64,000 bases of DNA from Bdellovibrionales bacterium (GTDB lineage Bacteria; Bdellovibrionota; Bdellovibrionia; Bdellovibrionales; UBA1609), in contig OZ242172.1 in the NCBI GenBank assembly GCA_965205645.1, positions 704,122 to 768,121 of the forward strand, read 5' to 3'. Positions 1-6,725 of the stretch are shown here, piece after piece (positions within the stretch are counted from its first letter, which is position 1; each line of letters starts with the position of its first letter). Both the position numbers and the translations under genes were made by a program. A model generated the notes under the pieces. The model saw only the letters and a list, made by a program, of their open reading frames with translations. It ran no database searches and was not told the origin of the DNA.

Positions 1-2
1 CG

Positions 3-1469
3 ATTCGTTTAGCTGAGCGGGGTTTTATTATTTCTGGGGATCATTATGATCGAACAAATAGTAGTAAGAACAAATTTAATAAAGCGGGTCGGAATGTTTT
101 TTTTCATAAGGGGAAATCTTATTTACCGGGTGAACGTTTAAGACAGCCTGGTTTAGCATTAGCATTAAGGCTTTTGAAAAAAGGGAAATCGGTATTTTAT
201 CGGGGTTTGATTGGAAGAGATATTGTTCGGGTTGTGCAAAAACATGGCGGGGTCATGCGCATGGAAGATTTGCACAAGTATCGGGTGCGTTGGCTTGATC
301 CGATCCGGTGGGATTTTGGTGGATATCAGTTTTACAGTATGCCTCTTCCGAGTTCTGGAGGAATTATTTTATTTAGGGCTACTCGTTTAATGGAACAGGT
401 GTTGGCACTTGGTAAACATAATTTGCAAAGTCGTGACATGGGAGCAGCGGAATCGCGGCGCCGCCGAGTCGGCGGGGACACTTTTGGTAAACATAATTTG
501 CAAAGTCGTGACATGCGTGCAAGGAATCGCGGCGCTGTAACCCCCCTTGGGGGGGTGGATGAGTGGCATTTATTAGCGGAGGTATTATCTGCTGCATTTC
601 GTCCGAGAGATCAGATGGGGGATTTGCCGGACGCAACTAAGTTATTAGAGCGTTGGTTATCGGTGAAGGATTTAGATCGTTTAGCTCGGAAAATTTCTTT
701 TCGGCGAATATTAAAATTACCTGCTTTGATCAGTAAACTTGATTTGCACAGTCGTGACATAGATGTACGGAATCGCGGCGCTGTAACCCTCCTTGGGGGG
801 GAGACGACACATTTTTCTATGATGGATGATAAGGGTCAGGTGGTATCTATGACGTTATCTTTGAACAGCAGTTATGGTTCTTATGTTGTGACGAATCGGT
901 ATGGCATTGTTTTGAACAATCAGATGGACGATTTTAATACGCATCCTGGTCGACCGAATCAATTTGGTTTGATTCAGGGTAAGAACAATTTAGTGCGTGC
1001 GCATCGTCGGCCTTTAAGTTCTATGAGTCCTACGATTGTGGAGAAGGATGGACGTGTGGTATTAGCGCTTGGTGCAGCAGGTGGTCCGATGATTATCAGT
1101 GCTGTATTTCAGGTATGTTATCGGTATTTGATTCAGGGTTTAGGTTTAGATCAGGCGGTACAGTTTCCTCGTGTACATCATCAATTTTTACCTCGTGTAT
1201 TGTATGTAGATAAGGATCGTTTTGCACCATTGGTATTAAAGCATTTAAAGAGGCGTGGGCACATTTTAGAGCAGAGGGATTTTATAGGGAGGGTGATGGC
1301 GGTTGGACGGCGGCGCCCTCCAAAAGGGAGTGATGGTGCCGCGATTGCGTCATCCTATGTTACTGTTTTGCAAGATAGTGACAATCGTGCAAGGAATCGC
1401 GTCGAAGTCACCCCCCTCTTGGAGGGGGCTTTTGATGCGCGTGGTGAAGGCGCAGTTGGTGGTTTCTGA
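3..1469 (+). CDS. ggt: gamma-glutamyltransferase, 5' end off-window, carrying three in-frame repeat insertion sites
   Basis: Frame 3 is open from base 3 (IRLAERGFIISGDHYD...) into the listed ORF 174..1469. GGT hallmarks are present: GGETTHFSMMD (nucleophile Thr), NNQMDDF, PLSSMSPT, GAAGGP. Confidence 0.9.
   Translation: MRLAERGFIISGDHYDRTNSSKNKFNKAGRNVFFHKGKSYLPGERLRQPGLALALRLLKKGKSVFYRGLIGRDIVRVVQKHGGVMRMEDLHKYRVRWLDPIRWDFGGYQFYSMPLPSSGGIILFRATRLMEQVLALGKHNLQSRDMGAAESRRRRVGGDTFGKHNLQSRDMRARNRGAVTPLGGVDEWHLLAEVLSAAFRPRDQMGDLPDATKLLERWLSVKDLDRLARKISFRRILKLPALISKLDLHSRDIDVRNRGAVTLLGGETTHFSMMDDKGQVVSMTLSLNSSYGSYVVTNRYGIVLNNQMDDFNTHPGRPNQFGLIQGKNNLVRAHRRPLSSMSPTIVEKDGRVVLALGAAGGPMIISAVFQVCYRYLIQGLGLDQAVQFPRVHHQFLPRVLYVDKDRFAPLVLKHLKRRGHILEQRDFIGRVMAVGRRRPPKGSDGAAIASSYVTVLQDSDNRARNRVEVTPLLEGAFDARGEGAVGGF
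411..557 (+). repeat. Two tandem units of the GC-rich modular hairpin repeat (head GGTAAACATAATTTGCAAAGTCGTGACATG at 411 and 486), inside ggt and in-frame
   Basis: The head is duplicated exactly. Unit 1 ends in the CCGCCG-AGT-CGGCGG hairpin and unit 2 in the CCCCCC-TT-GGGGGGG hairpin. Translated as GKHNLQSRDMGAAESRRRRVGGDTFGKHNLQSRDMRARNRGAVTPLGG. Confidence 0.9.
733..801 (+). repeat. Diverged single unit of the same repeat, in-frame in ggt, ending just before the catalytic Thr codons
   Basis: GTAAACTTGATTTGCACAGTCGTGACAT...GGAATCGCGGCGCTGTAACCCTCCTTGGGGGGG, translated as KLDLHSRDIDVRNRGAVTLLGG and followed by ETTH. Confidence 0.85.
1305..1428 (+). repeat. Composite repeat insertion near the ggt 3' end: an inverted partial unit plus a forward unit
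   Basis: Contains ...GCAAGATAGTGACAATCGTGCAAGGAATCGCGTCGAAGTCACCCCCCTCTTGGAGGGGG. It is preceded by a GC-rich segment with CCCTCCAAAAGGGAG. The insertion is absent from the ggt remnant at 6606..6713. Confidence 0.8.
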
Positions 1470-1471
1470 TT
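1428..1471 (+). repeat. Direct repeat A (att-like): the last 14 codons plus stop of ggt
   Basis: GCTTTTGATGCGCGTGGTGAAGGCGCAGTTGGTGGTTTCTGATT recurs at 5152..5195 and 6672..6715. Confidence 0.85.
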
Positions 1472-1648
1472 TTTTAATATTCTTTCAAAGAATCAGGTTA
1501 TTAATATTTCAGCGGATAAAATTTATTTTTCTTTATAAGTTTAGGTTCATGACACTTTAACAGGGTTGTTTTTAACTATTTTTGACAATAATCTATATAA
1601 GTCATCTTTTCTGTAATTGAACCTAAATTTAATAATATAACATCATAG

Positions 1649-2299
1649 TTAATCAGATAGTTCAAATAAAATAGCATTGAATGTTTGTGTAGTATTATTA
1701 TGCACAGGAATTGTTTTTACTTCTTCTAAGGAGATTATTTTATTTTCAATAGCTATTTTTAATTTTTGTTTTATCCATTCAGGAGGATAAGCACCACTTG
1801 AAATTAAGTTCTGAAAAGTTTTTCTAATATTAGTTATATATAATCCATTTTTCTCTAGTTTTTCTGAAGTATGTAAATTTTCGTAATGCAAAATTAATTG
1901 ATCGTTATTAGCAGTACGCCGGAAATTATCCGGAACAGTAATATGAAGTTTTACTGGACAATCCATTTTAAAATTCATCAAATAAAGTGCAGTTTCATAG
2001 GAAAACGTTCCTACTTGTTCACCGTTACGATTTCTAGCCCAAAGTTGAAAGAGAAAAAAATCTTTTTTTGAATCTGTTTGAATAAAATTAAGTTGATATA
2101 TTCCTCTTTTTACTCGTGACCAGTTTTCTCTTTTTAAATGATAAGAATGATTTCTAGAATCGATACCTGATTCTATTGCCTGTTGGCTAGTGAATAGACC
2201 TGATTGATTCTGAGCAATTTTTAATAAAGGATGATTAACTCTCAAAAATAGTTCCTTATTTGATATAATTATGTATTTTATGTTATATACTATCAACAA
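1649..2299 (-). CDS. AbiEi-like (type IV TA antitoxin-type) DNA-binding domain protein, no AbiEii partner nearby
   Basis: The N-terminal pattern GLFTSQQAIESGIDSRNHSYHLKRENWSRVKRGIYQL resembles the AbiEi_4-type wHTH. Judged by eye only. Confidence 0.45.
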   Translation of the reverse strand: MLIVYNIKYIIISNKELFLRVNHPLLKIAQNQSGLFTSQQAIESGIDSRNHSYHLKRENWSRVKRGIYQLNFIQTDSKKDFFLFQLWARNRNGEQVGTFSYETALYLMNFKMDCPVKLHITVPDNFRRTANNDQLILHYENLHTSEKLEKNGLYITNIRKTFQNLISSGAYPPEWIKQKLKIAIENKIISLEEVKTIPVHNNTTQTFNAILFELSD

Positions 2300-2399
2300 T
2301 AATTATAAAATAACATAATTTTTATGTATTTTATATATTTTTTTCTTGTTTTTTGCAATATATACTGGTAATTTCTATCGAAAAAGAGGGATGTCTATA

Positions 2400-3464
2400 A
2401 TGATAAAAAGCATAAAAATTCAAAATTATAAGCTTTTTAAGTCCTTTGACCTTCAGAATATTCCTCAAATTCTGTTAGTTGGTGGAAAAAATAATAGTGG
2501 AAAAACTAGCATTTTAGAAGCTGCATTTATGTCTTTGGATTGTGTGAATCCCAATATGTTTATCAGGCATCTTGGATGGAGAGGCTTGAATACTATTTCT
2601 AATGATGTAGAATCTTTATTTGGCCCTGTATATCATAATTTTGATTTAAACCAGCCTATAATTATTCAATATACTCTTAATTCAGCACAAAAAAAATTAA
2701 TATACAAGTTTCTGCCATTTGTTACACAACCTATTATCACTCGTAACGGAAGCAGTATTGAAATTAACGAGAAAGTTAGCAGATTTGGGGGGATAGAAAT
2801 TTCTTATTGGCTAGGAAGAGAACAATATCATAAGGCTTTGTTAAAACATGAAATAAAGGGACTTAATTTATCATCTGTGAATCAAGTGCTGAAATACAAT
2901 GAAGGTGTAAAAGCTGTGTTTCTTGCTTCAACTTTTTCAGATCATCAATCGGAAAATGCTCGTAGATATGGCGAGTTGGATAGAATAAATAATACAGCTA
3001 ATATTTTAACTGCATTAAAAATTTTAGAATCCAAACTTAATTCTTTGAGTGTGATACCAATGGGCAATAGATCAATGATATACGGAGATACGGGTCTCGG
3101 AAAAAAAATTCCCTTGGCACTGATGGGTCAAGGGATTAACAAACTTGTATCTATTCTTTTAGCAATTTCCAATGCTAATAATGGAGTTGTTTTTATAGAT
3201 GAGCTTGAAAATGGATTCCATCATTCTGTTCTATCCGATATATGGAAAGTTATTTCACACCATGCTATGTTTAATAATACACAAGTGATAGCTACTACAC
3301 ATAGTAGGGAGCTTATTCTAGGAGCAGTAGCAGGTATACCTGATAGGATTAGAGATAAATTTAAATATATGAGGATAGAAAGAAAAGGAAATGCATTTAA
3401 AACAAAACATTATGATTTTAATACTTTGAGTGCAGCTTTAGATTCTGAGTTAGAAATTCGGTAG
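2400..3464 (+). CDS. ABC/SMC-type AAA ATPase (AAA_15/AAA_21-like, OLD/AriA-like ATPase module)
   Basis: Walker A GGKNNSGKTS, signature-like MGQGINKL, Walker B VVFIDELENGFH, H-loop ATTHS. Start chosen at the ATG at 2400, 10 nt after GAGGG. The longest ORF starts at 2346. Confidence 0.75.
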   Translation: MIKSIKIQNYKLFKSFDLQNIPQILLVGGKNNSGKTSILEAAFMSLDCVNPNMFIRHLGWRGLNTISNDVESLFGPVYHNFDLNQPIIIQYTLNSAQKKLIYKFLPFVTQPIITRNGSSIEINEKVSRFGGIEISYWLGREQYHKALLKHEIKGLNLSSVNQVLKYNEGVKAVFLASTFSDHQSENARRYGELDRINNTANILTALKILESKLNSLSVIPMGNRSMIYGDTGLGKKIPLALMGQGINKLVSILLAISNANNGVVFIDELENGFHHSVLSDIWKVISHHAMFNNTQVIATTHSRELILGAVAGIPDRIRDKFKYMRIERKGNAFKTKHYDFNTLSAALDSELEIR

Positions 3465-3469
3465 ATTTA

Positions 3470-4123
3470 GTGAATCAGAAAAACAGATTTAGCATAAAAA
3501 TTACAGAAACAAAACTCCTTCTTGTAGAAGGAAAGGATGAAGAGTTTTTTTTTAAAACTTTCTTAAAAAAGAAAGAGATTTGTAATATTCAAATTATTTC
3601 TAGTGGTGGAAAAGATAAATTTAAGAACAAATTTCCAGCAATTAAAAACACTCCTGGCTTTGATGAAGTAACTTCATTGGCTGTCATCCATGATGCAGAT
3701 ACAAACGCTCAAGGGGCATTTCAAAGTATTTGTTCTGTATTAAAGAACAATAGCGTGGATTATCCTAAACAAATTTCATCATTTACTACTTCAAATTCCC
3801 TTAGAGTTGGGGTTTTTATTATTCCGGATGGAGGAAATCAAGGAAAGTTAGAATCTTTATGCTTATCTACAGTTGAGTCGGACAGTATTATAGAATGTAT
3901 TGATTCTTTTATGAGTTGTATAAAGCAGCAGTCACAGCTTGATATAAATAGATATAAAGAACCAAAAGATATTCATAAAGCTAGATGTAGGGCATTTCTC
4001 TCAGCTATGGAAGAGGATATTCCATCTTTGGGATTAGCTGCTGAAAAGGGTTATTGGAATTTAGATTCAGATAAATTGAATCCTATGTTGAATTTTTTAC
4101 AGGAATTAAATCGCAAAGAGTAA
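3470..4123 (+). CDS. Small Toprim-like partner protein (DUF4435/DUF3226-like)
   Basis: GTG start 6 nt after the ATPase stop. Contains LLLVEGKDEEFF (conserved Glu) and AVIHDADTN (DxD), the two Toprim acidic motifs, plus IIPDGGNQGKLESL. Confidence 0.55.
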   Translation: MNQKNRFSIKITETKLLLVEGKDEEFFFKTFLKKKEICNIQIISSGGKDKFKNKFPAIKNTPGFDEVTSLAVIHDADTNAQGAFQSICSVLKNNSVDYPKQISSFTTSNSLRVGVFIIPDGGNQGKLESLCLSTVESDSIIECIDSFMSCIKQQSQLDINRYKEPKDIHKARCRAFLSAMEEDIPSLGLAAEKGYWNLDSDKLNPMLNFLQELNRKE

Positions 4124-4148
4124 ATAATATATTAAAAAAAGCACTAAT

Positions 4149-5159
4149 ATGGAAATACCAAAGTTTTTATTATATGGTGAGACTGATCCAAAAACTCAAG
4201 AGAGAATACAGAAAACTCTTCCATGGAGAAGTTGGGATCAAGTCAGTGAAAAGGGAAAAGAAATTGCATTTCAGCAATTGATTAATGAAAATGTATTTCT
4301 ATACAAATCAGATCTTGTAGAAAATACGATAAAACGTTTGAATAATAAATTTTTAAGAAAACTATATGGAAAAAATTTACATTATTGTATGTCAGAATAT
4401 CTTGATGATTATCAAACAGCAGCAATGGGTGATTTTCGTGAAATTTTTACAACAGGAAAATCTGATGTGGTTTTTTATATGTTAAGTATATTTGCTGAAG
4501 GATTTATTAATCAGAATTATTTACGTCAAGCAAAAGAATCAAATAATAATGTAGATAGAAAAGAATATATAGAACAAGCTTTTATTCCATTTAATAAATT
4601 ACAGAACTGTTTGAATCATATTTTTGGACAATTTCATGTCAATCAACAGCTTACTTGGAGTGGTTTTATACCTCGTCAAGATGAAAGAATTTTAGATCAA
4701 ATCTATATTCCTACAATTAAATGTCTTTCCGATCCGAAATGGAGTTTAGTAAATAATGATTTAAGTAATATGTTTCAAGACTATAGAAATGGTAACTATC
4801 GGGACACTATTACTAAAGCTCATAATGTTTTACAAAGATTTCTTCAAATTTTTTTAAACAAGAGAAGTAAAAATGCTAAAGGAGAGTTAGGTAAGTTATT
4901 TTCGGAAGCTAAAAATAAAGGTGTTATATCAAATAATATTTTTATCATGAAAATCATTGAAGGTATTCAGAGCTTTGTATCTTCTGAAAGAGCAACTAAA
5001 AGCACAGCCAAACCTGCATTTAAAAATGTTACATCTGCAGATGCTTTGCTAGTAATGAATGCAGTTATGGTTTTTTTACAATACTGTTTAGAAGCAGATG
5101 CAACTGCATTGAAAGTATCTCCTGCGATTCATAAAGAGAGAGAACGGATGGCCTTTTGA
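4149..5159 (+). CDS. Hypothetical protein, third gene of the ATPase/Toprim cassette. Helical C-terminus with weak HEPN/Abi_C-like flavour.
   Basis: 336-aa ORF 25 nt downstream of the Toprim-like gene. YRDTITKAH fits Rx6H only loosely. Its stop codon (5157..5159) lies inside direct repeat B. Confidence 0.4.
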   Translation: MEIPKFLLYGETDPKTQERIQKTLPWRSWDQVSEKGKEIAFQQLINENVFLYKSDLVENTIKRLNNKFLRKLYGKNLHYCMSEYLDDYQTAAMGDFREIFTTGKSDVVFYMLSIFAEGFINQNYLRQAKESNNNVDRKEYIEQAFIPFNKLQNCLNHIFGQFHVNQQLTWSGFIPRQDERILDQIYIPTIKCLSDPKWSLVNNDLSNMFQDYRNGNYRDTITKAHNVLQRFLQIFLNKRSKNAKGELGKLFSEAKNKGVISNNIFIMKIIEGIQSFVSSERATKSTAKPAFKNVTSADALLVMNAVMVFLQYCLEADATALKVSPAIHKERERMAF

Positions 5160-5195
5160 TGCACGTGGTGAAGGCGCCGTTGGTGGTTTCTGATT
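5152..5195 (+). repeat. Direct repeat B (att-like copy of the ggt 3' end)
   Basis: CCTTTTGATGCACGTGGTGAAGGCGCCGTTGGTGGTTTCTGATT has 3 mismatches to copy A by hand alignment. Confidence 0.85.
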
Positions 5196-5264
5196 GTTTA
5201 TAGTTGTCTATTTAGTATTATTAAAAAATAGATTTGCGGTGGATGTATATTGTACAAACAGAAA

Positions 5265-6413
5265 TTACTTGATATTTTTCAGCCAGTCAGCAGCTGGCCA
5301 GATATGACATCCTGAGGTATGTAGCCTTTGTCGGCTACAAGATCTAACTAGCTGTATTTTTTTTACAGGATCAGGTATATCTTTAGTAAATAAATCAAAA
5401 TGAGATGTGAGTTTTTCATCTTTCCATTTAGTCTCTATCATTTGAAATGGCTTATTGTCTTTTGTGATTAAGAAATCTATTTCTTTTTTATCTTTATTTT
5501 TTAAGTAATAAAGTTGTCTTTTTTCTCCATAGCAGTCTTCTTTAAAGTGGTTATTTTTTAGTAAGGCGCAGGCAACAAGGTTTTCGAATCGCGCGCCTTT
5601 ATCTGAAACTTGAGCTATATCGTAAAAATAATACTTAGGCTGTTTGCGGATAGATTTTCTGATGTTTTTATAATAGGGTTGGATTTTAAAAATAAAATAA
5701 AATCCTTCTAATAGGTTCAGCATTTTTTTCACTGTTTTACCATCGCATTGTAGGATTTTTGATAAATTTTCGTATTGAATAGCGCTACCAACGGATGTTT
5801 TTAGTAACTCTAATAAGGTTTCTAATTGAGAAATTCTTTGGTATTTATCTAGCTCCAGCATATCTTCTTTTAGAATGGCTGAAGTGTGCGTGTTTGCCCA
5901 TCTTCTATAAAACTGCTTTGATCCTTTAAGATATGGTTCTGGAAATCCTCCAATTTCTAGCAGTCGGGTGAGTATTTGCTCTGGGTCTGCTTTTTTATGT
6001 ATTTGGCAAATTTCTTTTACGTCTAAAGGATGTAGGCGAAAAGGGAAAAAGCAGCCAGCTAAGGAATCTCCTGTTCTTTTATAGGCTTCAAGTCTGGCGC
6101 TACCTGTTACTATAATACCTTGTTTAAGTTCTGTTTTTTCATATAAAGCTTTTAGCCATTGTTTCCAGTTTTTTTTAATATGTAGTTCATCAAAAACTAG
6201 GTACTTGCAATAAGGATTCCATTCTTGTCGTTCTACCATTAGGCGGTCTTTGGCATCAAAGTAGTTAAAATAATCAAATTTTACTGAGGATGGGTGTAGG
6301 TGTTTTGAAAGCATTGTTTTTCCGGATTGTCGAGGACCGGTTATAATTAAAATCTTTTCTTTTAAATCTTTTTTTAAAAAGGGCTCTAGGTAGCGAGGTT
6401 TGTATTTGTTCAT
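5265..6413 (-). CDS. AAA ATPase of the AAA_14/DUF4143 type
   Basis: Walker A ITGPRQSGKTML and Walker B-like YLVFDELH. A C-terminal EIDFLI...IETKW module is typical of DUF4143 proteins. Paralog at 41867..43030. Confidence 0.75.
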   Translation of the reverse strand: MNKYKPRYLEPFLKKDLKEKILIITGPRQSGKTMLSKHLHPSSVKFDYFNYFDAKDRLMVERQEWNPYCKYLVFDELHIKKNWKQWLKALYEKTELKQGIIVTGSARLEAYKRTGDSLAGCFFPFRLHPLDVKEICQIHKKADPEQILTRLLEIGGFPEPYLKGSKQFYRRWANTHTSAILKEDMLELDKYQRISQLETLLELLKTSVGSAIQYENLSKILQCDGKTVKKMLNLLEGFYFIFKIQPYYKNIRKSIRKQPKYYFYDIAQVSDKGARFENLVACALLKNNHFKEDCYGEKRQLYYLKNKDKKEIDFLITKDNKPFQMIETKWKDEKLTSHFDLFTKDIPDPVKKIQLVRSCSRQRLHTSGCHIWPAADWLKNIK

Positions 6414-6449
6414 AGTATATAAGATATATTATCCGAGGGGGTATGTCTA

Positions 6450-6511
6450 GACTATTTCGGATATAACTACGAAAAAGTACGGACTATTTCGGAGATATCT
6501 CCGAAATAGTC
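6450..6511. promoter_or_regulatory. Putative operator: perfect 30-bp palindrome plus an extra half-site upstream of the DUF4143 ATPase gene
   Basis: GACTATTTCGGAGATATCTCCGAAATAGTC at 6482..6511 is its own reverse complement. A third half-site GACTATTTCGGATAT lies at 6450..6464. The site is 37-98 nt upstream of the ATG at 6413. Confidence 0.5.
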
Positions 6512-6605
6512 TTTCTCATTAGTGGGTATGGAAAGTGGAATATATTTGTTATTTTCATATATTGCTATTTAGATTCATGAGAGCAGGTGTGATGTGGTTA
6601 TATGC

Positions 6606-6713
6606 CAGAGCGGATTAGAGAATACTCTGGGAATAAGGTTTAGTTTGCATGTGGTGGCAATTTTAGAAGGGGCTTTTGATGCGCGTGGTGAGGGTGCAGT
6701 CAGTAGTTTATAA
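6606..6713 (+). pseudogene. ggt: Displaced, diverged 3' remnant of ggt without the repeat
   Basis: Reads ...LHVVAILEGAFDARGEGAVSSL* in frame. The live gene has ...GRVMAV[38-aa repeat insert]LEGAFDARGEGAVGGF*. There is no upstream ORF. Confidence 0.65.
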
Positions 6714-6715
6714 TT
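6672..6715 (+). repeat. Direct repeat C (att-like)
   Basis: The first 20 nt are identical to copy A. There are 7 mismatches in the remaining 24 by hand alignment. Confidence 0.8.
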
Positions 6716-6725
6716 GGATAAAGTG

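Noticed and set aside
332-636. Three antisense ORFs (332..514, 379..636, 387..569) within ggt
   Set aside because: They lie on the opposite strand of a well-supported ggt ORF and exist only because the GC-rich repeat lacks stop codons.
3-1469. ggt as a pseudogene because of the multiple insertions
   Set aside because: The reading frame is uninterrupted and all catalytic motifs are intact. Functionality is left as an open experimental question.
1303-1560. ORF 1303..1560(+)
   Set aside because: It is an out-of-frame overlap with the ggt 3' end and repeat. No motif is present.
1472-6671. Search for an integrase, transposase or IS element that could explain the islets
   Set aside because: No ORF in the track shows tyrosine/serine recombinase or DDE motifs. 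The islets are reported as integrase-less rather than called a mobile element with a named family.
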